Assembly: GCA_965113315.1 (NCBI GenBank)
Contig: OZ220364.1
Reading direction: 5' to 3' (one strand)
From: Podarcis vaucheri
Taxonomy: Eukaryota
DNA: 64,000 nt
The notes beneath the pieces were generated by a model, which saw only the letters and a list, made by a program, of their open reading frames with translations, searched no databases and was not told the DNA's origin. Made by a program: the position numbers and the translations under genes. This document shows positions 36,093-48,482 of the stretch, piece after piece. Within the stretch, counting starts at the first letter, position 1; each line of letters opens with the position of its first letter.

Positions 36093-36234
36093 TGCTATTA
36101 CATTGGAGCAACCAGTGATGCAGCCACTAAAATAACTAATGAGGTGTCAAAACCCCTAAGTAATCACATCCCTGTTGACAAGGTTTGTGAGAAGCTGAAG
36201 AAGAAAGATAGTCAGATCTGTGACCTGAAATATG
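36093..36234 (+). CDS. MANF: MANF exon 3 ([47 protein letters not shown])
   Basis: cccttctag acceptor, ATG|gtgagt donor; 142 nt, phase 0 to 1; CYYIGAT family motif. Confidence 0.96.
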
Positions 36235-37367
36235 GTGAGTATAAGTAGATTACGAGTGATCGTTACTTTGCTCCTTGATATCTTCCTTATGTAGAGAGAG
36301 CAAGAGTGCTAAAGTTACTGGCTGCGTTGTGGTAGAGAGGAAATGACTTGTGCTGTCATCTTGAGTTAGCCTGGCAGTGTGCCCCATTGGAGAAAGTGCA
36401 ACTTACTTCCAAGTAAAAGATAAGCTCTTACGCATATCAGTTAGATAAAACTTTTTCTCCAGGAGCAGAGCAGGAATGGAGGATCTGTGGCCCTCCAAAT
36501 ATTGGGACAACAACTTCTGTCATTCCTGACCATTGGCCATATTGGAACTGATAAGAGTCCAACAACATCTGGAAGGCCACAGATTTCCGCCTTGCTATAG
36601 AGGATCATCATCTAATTTATCTAGCTATTGGGTTTTTCATAGACAGTAGTTTTATGGTGAGGATGCTGAACTGTGACAATGGACTGATCAGATTTCAGAC
36701 AAAAGGTTGAGCTAAATTGCATATAACGGACAAATTATGGTTTATCTGTCAGCTCCCACCAACAGACTTTCATTTTAGCTAATATATTCCAACCTGGCAA
36801 AGTATGCTTTGTCACAAACCAGGGAATTGGAGTACATAGTTGAAAGATAATCTGCACGTGGCCGTTGTGTCCAGTTGGGGCTGTTCGCTTGTTGCCTAGG
36901 GATGTCTGAGATGAAGGGCAGCACACTCTTGCTTCTGACATCAGTCACTGAGCCAAGGGCCACTAGGCCACTTCCCTTGCCTCCAGGAAGAACTTCAATG
37001 CAAAATACCTCAGTGATTGCTTGACCTCTTATATTCCAGCTCCCATCACTGCGTTCATCTGCAATAGTGCTCAGTGTACAGCCCATTAACTGCATTCTGT
37101 TCTCGACTCCTACTATACATTCGAGTGTCTTGTCTTCCCCAAGTATAGATATTATCTGTGAAAACTTGTGCTCTTAATGAAAGTAGTCTCTAGGAGGTGC
37201 TATGACTTGTACTATTTCAGCTATGTGATAGCCATGTTTTGTGTCTAAGGCTGCATTCCTATGATACTTGAACTGGGAACAAATCCTCCTGAAATTTCTG
37301 AATTGTGGTCAGTTATAATTGTGGACTAACAATGCTTCATACAGTAATATGCCCTTCTCTTTATCAG

Positions 37368-37552
37368 ATAAACAGATTGACTTGAGCACTGTGGACCTGA
37401 AGAAACTGAGAGTCAAAGAACTGAAGAAGATTCTAGATGACTGGGGTGAAACATGCAAAGGCTGTGCAGAAAAGTCAGATTACATTCGGAAAATCAATGA
37501 ACTGATGCCTCAGTATGCACCAAAAGCAGCCAGTTCACGGACAGACCTCTGA
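37368..37552 (+). CDS. MANF: MANF exon 4, SAP-like domain with CKGC and C-terminal RTDL ER-retrieval signal
   Basis: ctttatcag acceptor; [36 protein letters not shown]...RTDL*; total CDS 543 nt = 180 aa. Confidence 0.96.
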
Positions 37553-37778
37553 CCACCATAGTGGCCTCTAGATCATTAGCAAATCAAACACAAACTATGT
37601 TAATCTTTCTTTTTTCTTTTCTGGAAAGCTGTTTTTGTAACTTATTTAACTGGGTTTCAAGTGTCAAAGTGAAGCGGTTCTTGCAATGCTGGTTCAACTG
37701 CCTCGTCGTGTCTCAAGTTTTTATTTCTTTTGTCTCCAGTTTATGTTTAAGACATCGACGTATGTATGGGATTTTTGA

Positions 37779-37784
37779 AATAAA
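37779..37784 (+). terminator. MANF: Probable MANF polyadenylation signal AATAAA
   Basis: First AATAAA about 230 nt after the stop codon. Confidence 0.65.
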
Positions 37785-37898
37785 AGTTAAGAAAGCCAGT
37801 CTTGTCAGTTGCATTAATAGGATTTGTATGAGTTTTATGCAAGTCTGGCTGATGCCAACACAGATCCTTACTTCGTACTTGGTGCTTTGAGATTTAGG

Positions 37899-38052
37899 AC
37901 TCATCTACACTTCCATTTGCTCTGCCGCTTTCCCCTGGGGAAACCTGCTTTTTACCAATGAATCAGAACAAACTGCAATCAGGTTTTCCACAGATTGCAT
38001 TTGTTCTGATTCAGGAGGTTTTTCCAGAGAAAGCTGTGAGGGAAACAAGTAA
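37899..38052. mobile_element. Degenerate palindromic MITE downstream of MANF
   Basis: Inverted core gaatcagaacaaactgcaatc / gattgcatttgttctgattc at about 37961-38012. Confidence 0.5.
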
Positions 38053-39809
38053 TTGCTTGGACCTGTGGTTTCACAGGGCAAGCAGAATACTTATTGGACC
38101 CATGCTTTTAGGAATGGGATGAGTGAGAATGGGTGAGCCCTAATAATGGCCATGTTTTGATAAAATGCTTATCTATGGGCTAGTGTGGCTTCTGAGATAC
38201 CTGCTCTCCTGACTAATGCCTTGTAAAATCTCTGCATTTTGCTACTTCACATCCAGGTGAACATGTGTGCTATGTTTGGTCTTTGGATTATTGCATGGTC
38301 TTAAAAGTATTTGAGAGCCAGTTGGTGCTACCTGAAGTTGTTAAAAAAAACGGTACTTTGCTTTCAGAAATTTAAGCCCCTGATCCTGTACAGCTTTACA
38401 ATCAGCCTGAGTGCTGTTTTTCTACAACTCTGAGGTAAACTGACACCATCTATGCAAGATAACTTCCTTGTATTCCGATTCTGTATTTACAGTTGTCAAT
38501 ACAGTACTGAATACAATCCTGACCAGCTACATCTATGTAAGGCAGCTGAATCCGGAATACGTAGCTTCTGTATATCCATGATATAATTTAAAAAATGGGT
38601 AGGGGTTGATTTCGGGTTCTCTCATGCTCTTGGAAAGCTTTTTGGCAACTTCAGTTCGTAAGTAAAAGAAGCAGTTAATATATACCAATGTAATAAAAGT
38701 GTGTGTTGTACCAGGTCATCTATGGAGACACCTTTAAATGACCATCCACACAAAACGCAGTTGTGAGCTAAACCCTTCATATATGGGTGGCTGCTACCAA
38801 AATCTCAATTCTCACCAAAGGTTGACTAAAAACAGCATCATAGAGAAAAATATATTGCTCTTGAGAAAAAATTCATGTTTTAAACTACATGAACTTTAGG
38901 GCAGTTACTGTTGACAAATTACCCACCTGCATAGCGTCCCCCACCCCACAGAAAAGTGTTTTTGAAAAGTACATCATATATTTAAACTTCTGTTACAGCA
39001 GAATCTCATGCACATTTACTGTTTTATGTGCTACATCTCTGATCTCTGCTAGGACAAAATAACTGGACAGCATGGTTCTGAAGGGGCCTGCAGTATTTTG
39101 TATATATTTTTAATCAAGGTAATACAAAATGAAAGGATTTTGACTTTTTTAAGCTTATCCTTGGCTATATCCAGTGTCTGAAACTCCCATTGTTCTAGGT
39201 GCATTTTGCGACAATGAATTTCATTAGTTTTTGAGTTCTGGGTGCAGTACTCTGCCTAAGATTTCAGATTAGAACTGGAGAGTGGAAGGAAAGGAGGACC
39301 TTTTTCTGCCTCCCCACTTCCAGCTATTCTGAAGACTGGAGAAGAAACCCTTTAAAGAATATTAGGGGGGGTGGACAGGAGAAGGACTAGACATGTGAAA
39401 AATGAACATATTTTAGCTGTTCATTTATTTTCAGCTTTGTATTCTTGTTATTTAAAAAGTGCGCCTAGACATTTCATTGTTGCACCCATAACCTAGGTTT
39501 AAGGTGTCATTTAGCTTCTGGTTCTTATATCTATTTCTAACACTATGTTTGAATAGATGAAAAAGGCAGCGTGGCTCCTTTACGTAACAAGTTTTATCCT
39601 GTGCAGTTGTAGGCAAAACAGTCAGCATCTTTTCTACTTTCTGCATACGGAACATGGATATTAACTACCGTTGCAGCAATATACAAGTTTCCTTGGGTTT
39701 TTTTTTTTTTGCAGCTTCTGCCAGCACATTTTATTTTAACGGCATGTAATGCAAGTGCTATTTGTGAATTCACGTTTGCCCTTCAAAGCTCAGAGACCAG
39801 TTGTTTTGC

Positions 39810-41200
39810 ACGTGTGCGCGATCGCCGGTTGCTCCCTTCCTCCGTCTAACAGCCGCTCGTCGAAGGCTGCGCGCTTTGGCCGAGAGAGGGAAAGTGGCAT
39901 CCGCTTTATTTCTACTTGCAGAAAAGGGAGAGGACCAGAGGAAGGGGGAAAGCCCTGGCCTTCCTGCTCTCACTTGCTATGCACTTTCTACTCCTCCCTC
40001 AGCCTGAGCGGCAGGTAAGTCCCGTGGAGGCGGGAAAGGCGGCAACGCCCGGCCGGGAACACGGAGCAGCTTTGCTCCTCGCCTCCCCGTCCTCTGCCGG
40101 CCACCGGGCGGGCGCAAGCAGGAGGGGCTTTCGGGCGGCGGCCGCAGCGTCCAGCCGGAGCCATTACGGACGCGGCCCGTCGCTCGGCTGGCTCGGGGCG
40201 GGGTCGCGGGCTGATGACGTCGTCGGCGCGCACGGCGCGGCAACTGGGCAGAGCCGCCTTCGCTCGTTCCCTTTTGTCCAAGATGGCAGCTGCCGCCAGA
40301 GGCGCCTCCTGAATCGCGGGCCCCGGAGCCATGAAGCGGGCGAGCGAGCGGGATTCCAGCCCGGCGGGGTCCGGGGGGACGCGGGGCGCCTCCTCGGCCA
40401 AGAGGCCCCGCGAGCGGGAGCGCGAGAGCAGCGGCGCCAGCGGCGGGAGCAGCAGCCGGCGGGGCCCGCACCGGAGCTCGGGCGCCTCCTCGTCGTCGTC
40501 CTCCGCCTCCGCCTCCGCCTCGTCGCGCAGCGGCCGGGACAAGTCGGCGGCGGGAGGCTCCAGCTCGCGCAGCCACCGCGGGGAAGAGCGGCCCGGAGGC
40601 GGAGGCGACTCCAACCACCGCGGCGCCGCCTCGTCCAGCGCCAGGAGCAGCAGCAGCAGCCAAGCCGCCTCCGCCGCGGCGCCGCCGCCCCCGTCCTCCT
40701 CCTCGTCCTCGTCGTCTTCTTCGCGGGCGCTGGGGGCCGCCAAGGCCAAAGTGCCTCTGGCCGCCGTGGTCGCCCCGTCTCTGCTGCTGGGCGGGCCTTC
40801 GGCGGTGGCCGCGCCGTCGCTGCTTTTGGCGCCGGGGCTCGGACTGACGGCCGGGGTGGGGCTGGCCGGGGATCCCCCCGGCTCCAGCGAGTACAAGACC
40901 CTGCTGGTGAGCGGCCTGGGCCCGGCCCTCCCGGACCAGCTTCTGGAGGACGGTCTGTTCCGCCAGTTCCAGAGGTTCGCTAGCGGCGGCGCCAGTGACA
41001 TTAGCGTCAAGCTCTCCCATACCCCCGAGCTCGGCCGCGTTGCCTATGTCAACTTCAGGCACCCGGCGGACGCCCGAGACGCTCGAAGGCATGCCAGAGC
41101 CCGGCAGCTTCTCCTCTACGATCGCCCCCTCAAGGTGGAGCCTGTGTACCTGCGAGGGGGCAGACGAAGCCGCACGCCCCCACCTACCCCGTCCCCTGAA
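39810..41200. promoter_or_regulatory. RBM15B: CpG island and promoter of RBM15B
   Basis: Very GC/CpG rich; GC box GGGGCGGGG near 40195, CRE-like TGACGTC near 40215, YY1-like CAAGATGGC near 40279. Confidence 0.8.
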
Positions 41201-43108
41201 CCCATGGCTTTCCTGCCCCCAATCCATGGTGTTTATCCTTATAAACAGAGATCTCTTTCTCCTGTTGCCACCCCTTTGCTGAGAGAGCCCAGACCACGAC
41301 ATGCTGCCGCTGCAGCCTTTGCCTTGGAAGCTGTTGCCTTGGGTCTCTCTCGGGAGCGGGAGAGAGTGCTGGATTACTATGGACTGTACGACGAGCGCGG
41401 CCGTCCCTATGGCTATCCCATAGTGGCTGAAGAGGATCTTATGCCAGAGGATGATCAAAGAGCGACTCGTAATCTCTTTATTGGCAATCTGGACCACAGC
41501 GTCTCTGAGGTAGAACTGAGGCGTGCCTTTGAAAAATACGGCATCATTGAGGAAGTGGTGATCAAGCGCCCTGCAAGGGGCCAAGGTGGAGCCTATGCCT
41601 TTCTAAAGTTCCAGAACCTGGACATGGCACATCGAGCCAAGGTTGCCATGTCTGGCCGGGTTGTTGGCAGGAACCCTATCAAAATTGGCTATGGGAAAGC
41701 CAACCCCACAACCCGACTTTGGGTGGGTGGTCTTGGGCCAAGTACTTCCCTAGCTGCCCTTGCTAGGGAATTTGATCGCTTTGGAAGCATTAGGACTATT
41801 GACTATGTGAAAGGGGACAGTTTTGCTTACATTCAATATGAAAGTTTAGACGCTGCCCAGGCTGCCTGTGCACAAATGAGGGGCTTCCCTTTGGGTGGGC
41901 CAGACAGGAGACTTCGAGTGGATTTTGCCAAAGCTGAGGAGGCACGCTACCCTCAGCAGTATCAACCTGCACCACTGCCTGTACCCTATGAATTGCTACC
42001 TGAAGGCTACAGCAGGCACAGGAGTCTAGAGCAAGACTTAAGGGTGAGAGACAGGACTCCTCCTCATCTCCTCTACTCAGACCGGGAAAGGGGCTTTTTA
42101 GAGGCTGATTGGACCAGCCCTGTCAAAAATGCAGAGCGCAGAAATAATTTGGAGACCTACAGTCAGTCAGCACGCAGCCGAAGTGGAGAACGTTGGGGCA
42201 GCGATAGTGACCGAAGCGTGCTCAAACCATGGGAGGAAAGGCGTAAACGCCGTAGCCTTTCCAGTGACCGAGGGAGAACTGCCCATTCGCCCTATGAGGA
42301 GAGAGGCAGGACAAAACCTGGTGGGCCAGCTTTAGATCGCAGCCCAGAGAGGGCTCGGAAGGAGAACCACACCACAGAGTCTGCCACGGAGAAAGAGCAG
42401 AATAACTCCCTGCAGAACAACCGGCATGCATCAGAGGACAAGCCTCACCGTGAAACATCTGATCCTCAGCCTAAGAAAAGGGACAGCGAACGCAATCATC
42501 GAACTGCTGAGGCTGAATCAAAGACTCATGAAGAGTCCAAATCTGAAACAAAGAAATTAAAAAGCTTATCAGATTATGCCCACACTCTGCAGCTTGCCTG
42601 GAATGGGCTACTTGTCCTGAAAAACAGCTGTTTCCCTACATCTATGCACATCCTTGAAGGCGACTTGGGGGTTATCAATGGGCTTCTGAAAGACCACTTG
42701 TCTGGTGGAAAGCTCACGCAGCTCAAGATCGCCCAGAGACTTCGGCTTGACCAGCCCAAGCTGGATGAAGTAACCCGACGTATCAAGCAAGGAAGCCCTA
42801 ATGGCTATGCTGTGCTGCTGGCTACCCAGACTGCTCAAGGAGCAAGCACTGAAGGGGCCGTCCCTGTGGTAGAGCCTGGCTTACAAAGACGGCTTCTCAG
42901 GAATCTGGTCTCTTACTTGAAACAAAAACAGGCTGCTGGGGTGATCAGCCTTCCTGTGGGAGGGGCGAAGGGTAAAGACAGCACAGGCATGCTTTATGCT
43001 TTCCCTCCTTGTGAATTCTCTCAGCAGTACCTCCAGTCCGCACTAAGAACATTGGGAAAGTTAGAAGAAGAGCATATGGTGATAGTGATAGTCAAAGACA
43101 CTGCCTAG
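40331..43108 (+). CDS. RBM15B: RNA-binding protein 15B (SPEN family: 3 RRMs and C-terminal SPOC domain), intronless CDS, 925 aa
   Basis: ORF track; RRMs YKTLLVSGL..RVAYVNF, ATRNLFIGNL..YAFLKF, TTRLWVGGL..FAYIQY; SPOC region WNGLLVLKNS..KIAQRLRLD..YLKQKQAAGVISL; synteny MANF-RBM15B-DCAF1. Confidence 0.97.
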   Translation: MKRASERDSSPAGSGGTRGASSAKRPRERERESSGASGGSSSRRGPHRSSGASSSSSSASASASSRSGRDKSAAGGSSSRSHRGEERPGGGGDSNHRGAASSSARSSSSSQAASAAAPPPPSSSSSSSSSSRALGAAKAKVPLAAVVAPSLLLGGPSAVAAPSLLLAPGLGLTAGVGLAGDPPGSSEYKTLLVSGLGPALPDQLLEDGLFRQFQRFASGGASDISVKLSHTPELGRVAYVNFRHPADARDARRHARARQLLLYDRPLKVEPVYLRGGRRSRTPPPTPSPEPMAFLPPIHGVYPYKQRSLSPVATPLLREPRPRHAAAAAFALEAVALGLSRERERVLDYYGLYDERGRPYGYPIVAEEDLMPEDDQRATRNLFIGNLDHSVSEVELRRAFEKYGIIEEVVIKRPARGQGGAYAFLKFQNLDMAHRAKVAMSGRVVGRNPIKIGYGKANPTTRLWVGGLGPSTSLAALAREFDRFGSIRTIDYVKGDSFAYIQYESLDAAQAACAQMRGFPLGGPDRRLRVDFAKAEEARYPQQYQPAPLPVPYELLPEGYSRHRSLEQDLRVRDRTPPHLLYSDRERGFLEADWTSPVKNAERRNNLETYSQSARSRSGERWGSDSDRSVLKPWEERRKRRSLSSDRGRTAHSPYEERGRTKPGGPALDRSPERARKENHTTESATEKEQNNSLQNNRHASEDKPHRETSDPQPKKRDSERNHRTAEAESKTHEESKSETKKLKSLSDYAHTLQLAWNGLLVLKNSCFPTSMHILEGDLGVINGLLKDHLSGGKLTQLKIAQRLRLDQPKLDEVTRRIKQGSPNGYAVLLATQTAQGASTEGAVPVVEPGLQRRLLRNLVSYLKQKQAAGVISLPVGGAKGKDSTGMLYAFPPCEFSQQYLQSALRTLGKLEEEHMVIVIVKDTA

Positions 43109-46100
43109 TATTTACTCTCTGTCTCCTCTCCTTCCTCCCTCTTTGCTGATTCCATATTTCTTTGTATCTCACACAGCCTGGTTGCTTTTAAGGCCAATTT
43201 TTTTGAGCGAGGCTCCAAAAGTCCTCCAAAAAATTCTACAATTTAATTAGTTTCTAATTTTAATACCATTTTAATCCCATTTTGTTTTAATATGTGACAC
43301 TGTCTGCTGTGTTCTTATTTTTTAAATGTATGGAAAGTTGTCAGTAAAGCCTTGTTCACTGATGGATTTTTAACTTTGTGCAGTGTCCTGGTTTCTGTAG
43401 TCTGCCAATGGCTGGTTCCAATAGATAAAGCAAATAACGTACTTCAGACAGTTCTTCCTTTTACTGCTGTTCAACACTATTATACCAGTTTTGTGCTATT
43501 TTGATTTCTTTGATAGTTGAAGTCTGCTTGCTTCTTCTCTCTGTGTTTAGGTAGTTAATGCCAGAATTTTTTTAAAAAGGTGGGAAAGGTAATGGTATCC
43601 ATTATTGGACCAACCTTTTCTTGGTGGATGAGAGCTTTTGAGACGATTGTAGCCAAAGAACAGCTCTGTGAAGCTAAAACGTTTTAGCAGTCCTCAACTC
43701 TTGGTGCAATAAAACATAGGCTGCACCATGGGTGCACCCCCCAACTCCTCTGTTAATTGTGTTTCCTGTTGGATTGATTATATTGCAGATTCAAAGCTAC
43801 TCTTAGATTTTTCTGTTCAGTACGAACTATTGGCTACTCAGGAAGACAAATAACCAGGCAGTTGAGTAGGATCTGATAACAAAATCTAAATGATTATGTT
43901 CATCAGCTCCAGTGGCAAAAATAAACGATAAAAACTTGACCAAGTTGCCTGCTTATAGCGTGTGTCCTATATTGCAGTTATATACAGTTCTGTTTGTTAT
44001 ATACAGTAGGTTAGGCAGGTGGATGCACTGCTTTTTAGGACAAGGTGGGCAAATTCTGTCCGGCCTATTATTTGAGCACTCATTTTCTGGCATTGCTCTG
44101 GGATTAATTAGCACAGAGAATGAGGAGGTCCTCCTTCTATGAGGCCCACCTCCCTAGATAGCATTTCTTTTGGTCGTAACCATTTTAGTACAGAAAATGG
44201 CACTCAGGGATGGAGAACCCATGGCCCTCCAGATGTTGTTGAACTGCAGCTTCCCTCATTCTTAACCGCTGACCGTGGTGGCTGGGGCTGATGGGCATTG
44301 GAGAGCCACCAGTTCCCCAGCCCTGACATACCTGGTGATGTGTAGCAAATACACAAACACTTTCTCACATGAGCAGATCATTGCAATTAGCAGTGTGTCC
44401 ACACACATGCAGCAGGCTACAGTTGTCACAGGGGATGTACATAGGAAAGCTGTTTTATGTGAAGTGGTCCTCGGGTAAAAAGGAGAAAGCATGAACTGTA
44501 AGAGATAGTCTAAGGAGGCGTGCGTGTATGCTGCGGTAAGAGTTTATGCCACATTCTGCACCAGGGTATGCCCACTTGTGTCTAAAATATGCAATTAATA
44601 AATAGATGTATGCACACTCACTTAGCTTGCATAATTCTCTTTCCGAGAGCTTGCTTTTCAAGGAATGTGGAATGTTTTGAAATAATGGACAGGGAGGATG
44701 ATAGAAAGGTTTGAAGACAAGTAAGCTTGACAAGGTTACAGTGTAGCATCCCATATAGTGTAATATCCCATTCTGGATTGACATGACGGAGTGCTGATCC
44801 TCTTAACTGCTATGACCCTACACAGCCCCATCCGTGGTTGCAACCCTGTTCAGACCAAGGTCATAAATACTGAGACTTCGCCATTCTCTGCTTCTCTATC
44901 CTCCAACTATTACCAGTTCTCTTGTGCAGTGAAATTAGGGAAGCAGAGACAACACTAATGATTAGCAAATTATTATTTCTAAGCCAGCCATGTGGTGGTT
45001 AAAACATTTTTAGGATGTGTATTAAAGCATCCGAGAGAGGTAAGTTGTCAACGAATACAATTTTTAAATTTTGCCTCTGAAAGGTTACCTGCAAGAAATA
45101 CTAGCTTGTGATTTAGAGGTTGGTCTCGTGTGAACTTCCACCCTCTCTCATTTGTTAGTGTTAGTTCTTTATTCTTTTTAGCCACATTGTGAGTTGTTAA
45201 GATACAATTTTCCAGTAGTCTCACTAACCAAGCGACTAACATGATTAGAGCCCTCTCTTGCACAGCAAACGATGCTAGTAAATGTTGTTTAATGGTATCC
45301 TTCTGTCCACTCTACTTTAAAAAGGGAACACCTGGGTATACTGAGCAGGGTAAGTCCCATTTATGTATGCAGTTTTTGTCTACTATTGGTTAAAAATCAT
45401 AAGTGGTCCAAAAAAATAGTTCTGAACAGCTCTAAGATAGATGTAGGTCAGCCTCTGGCTCTCGAGATGTTGCTAGACCACAACTCAGCAGCCCCAGCCA
45501 GCCTGGCTAATGGCCAGTCATCCTTCAGCAACTTTCGGAAGGCCAAAGGTTCTCCATATCCGCTCCAAAACGTTTAAATAGATGGATTTTGTTTGTGTGC
45601 TTCTAAATCTCTCTTTAGAAAAGTAGTCAACGTGTGATACAGTAAAATCAAGGAGATTATATATATCTATATGCAAAAACACCAACTTTTTCTAGATTCT
45701 GAAGAATATTCACTTCACAAATGCTATTTGCAAAAGTTAACTTCGTAATATATTTTTGTTTCTAAACTTCTAAAATAAATGAAAAACACATTTTAACCAG
45801 GTGGTAGGAAGAAACAGAAAAAGATGGGACCATTGTTCTGATCCAAGCAAATGGAAGTCTAAATGCAGACTCGCTAGTCCCATGAAACACAAGCATAGCC
45901 AAAGGAGAGTAGTGGTGAGGGTATGATTCCATTGCAGTTTTATCAAGCACAGACCTAAGACCATTGTGAACATTACTTCATCCTTTACCACCACCTATGT
46001 GGTCTAAATTTTATTTCTAAGGCCCGCAATGCAGCAAGTCAATCTGCTCAGTTATAAATGGAGTGGAGCCACAGGAAGAAAGGATAGAAGGTAGTTAAAT

Positions 46101-46924
46101 CCATTTCCATGACTGGGTTGCAAGCAGGGCTTTCTAATAAATGCAACCATCCCAGTGACTATTTTACTCCAATTACTGGGAGAGGGTGAGTGGCAAACCC
46201 AAGGCCGGTCCAGCAGATGTTTTGCATCGTGCAGTGCTCCCCGTTACAAATAGGTTCATGACAGGCAATACCAGAAGTTAGTAGCCTCTAAATTCCCTTG
46301 TAGCATCCAACCTCTGGGCTTAAAGGTGCGCTTCACCAAAATAAAGTTGCCTATATATCTGCCACTAGTATTGTAGTTATTTGTTTAAACCGGGTGTGGG
46401 GAACCTTTGGCCTTCCAGCAGCTGCTGCTGCTGAGATATAACTCCCATCACCCCTGCACATTGGGCCAAGCTTGCTGGGACTGTTGGGATTTGTAGTTAA
46501 GTAACATCTGGATGTCCAAAGGTTCCCCACACCTGAGTTAGAGAGGACAAGCAACTTAACTTCATATGAAAATAGGCATTCTCTTTCCCTTCCCAGGGAT
46601 GCAGTCCATCATTGCATGATAATATAGGAACCAGAACCCAGAAGAACTGTGGGGTGATTTCACATGATTTCACTGAACATGATCCTCCTGGGATAAACGT
46701 ATGGACTGCTGTTCTTAAAAATCTTGTGTGAATAGTACTGATAGCATCACTCTCTTGAATGTCCAGATACATTCATGCACGTGAAGTCACACTTCTTATA
46801 TGAATAACCCTGCCTTGGTCATGCATTCTGGTGCAAAGTAGCACTGAAGGCAGATTGAGGAGCCAGCAAACGCAACGAATGTATACTACAGCAGCTCGGA
46901 GCTACAAACAGACAGGACTTGGAT

Positions 46925-46945
46925 TTTATTTATTTTTTTAATAAA
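46925..46945. terminator. Cluster of polyadenylation signals on both strands; probable DCAF1 3' end and possible RBM15B 3' end
   Basis: TTTATT at 46925 and 46929 (AATAAA on the minus strand) and AATAAA at 46940 on the plus strand. Confidence 0.6.
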
Positions 46946-47809
46946 TACAATTTACATTAAAGAAAAAAAGGCCTTCGATTTGTAGTTTTCACACAAGGGC
47001 AGAAGGGAAAGGGAGAAAAAATAAAATTTTAAAATTCCAAACACAAAAATATGTAGGAAGGGGGTGAGGCGAGGAGCTTGTAAACTAGAGTCCTTCATCT
47101 CCAGCAATGGCAGATTCTGAGCAAGACAGAACGGGATCTCTAGTCTTCTGCCATGGCTACTATAGCAGGAACTCGCAGGGCTTTTGTCAGGAGTCACCAG
47201 ACCAAAAAAAAAAAAAAACCCGAACATTTCACAGCAGGTAGCAACACATCCATTAAAAAATTATGTTCAAAATAAAAATCACCTACAGCTTTTACAATCC
47301 ATGATTCAATCCCACCCTGCCTGCCACGCTTTTCAGTAAAAATGCCCTTTTTAAACTTATTTATCCCCCAGAAACTCGTCATAGTGACTAAACATTAGAC
47401 GATTACAAATCCATACCCTCTTTATAATACCTGCCTGTTTTGTTTTTTATCCTTTTTTTGTTTCATATAAAACTATTTCTGTTCTTTAGGAAAGAACTTT
47501 ATACAAAGAAAATATATTGTGAAATATCTTCGGAACTCCCTGTGGAGAGTCATGTCTCAGCCTCAAAACCAAAAATAAAAAGGCAGAGAAAAATAAAGGT
47601 CAAGCCCCTGGGTCTCTTGGTAGGAAGGTTCCAGATGTGCCAGGAGCCTGCATCTGTCCACTGCAAGATCAGAAGGGCTAGAGTTCTTTAGATGGGTCTC
47701 CCAAGAATTAGGATATGAGCGGCTGCTCAGTATCACCTCCTGGATTTGGCCTCCTGGCTTCCGAGAACGGAGCTTTCCTGCTGCCAACATCCTGTGGGGT
47801 GGCCACTCC

Positions 47810-47868
47810 TCACTCATTCAGAGATAAGATTATGTCATCTTCCAAATCCAAATTATCTGAGCTGTCAG
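47810..47868 (-). CDS. DCAF1: DCAF1 (VPRBP) terminal coding exon (TDSSDNLDLEDDIILSLNE*)
   Basis: Minus-strand cccctttccag acceptor, phase 1; matches the recalled human C-terminus TDSSDNSDLEDDIILSLNE. Confidence 0.95.
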
Positions 47869-48482
47869 CTGGAAAGGGGACAAATGGGTTATTTGAGCAA
47901 TGCAAAGTTTCATATGTCAAAAAGACACCAAGCAGGGTAACTTGTTCCAAGTCAATTACGAAAGACCATGCACAGGCACCCTTTAGAGTGGTATGCCATC
48001 TAGAAACCATAAACAATGTGCAAAACAGGACTGTTTCACCACAAGCCAAGGCACAGCTCCTCATTATAAAGAGAATACTTACCACCAGAGTGAGATGCCT
48101 TCAGGAATTACTGAAAACACTCTAGAGAATCAGTATGTAGCTCCAAAATCCTCTGTAGTGGGAGTAAAAGTGCAACGGGCACTAAAGCAAGGCGAGTTTC
48201 CAGAGACACAGCATGGGTACAATATATTGTTCCTAGGTTGAAGCGTATACTAAGTATTTAGGGAGAAAGGCAAGGACAGGATTTAACGGACCAATGCAAC
48301 CAGAGGAGAATGACTACCAAGGAGAGTCAGTTTAGACAAGCAGTTGCCACCTTACAATCAGCTGTCCTTCACATCCGCAAACACAGCTGAAGTAACTGCT
48401 TTTCTATTATATCTTAAAAAGAAACTTTTTGGACTGTTTTTAAATACAATGGAAGTTTTAAAGACTTTCCAAACAAGGGAGA

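Noticed and set aside
39977-41584. Long overlapping ORFs (535 aa and 340 aa minus, 355 aa plus) over the RBM15B 5' region
   Set aside because: Stop-poor shadow frames of a very GC-rich coding CpG island; low-complexity products with no recognisable domain
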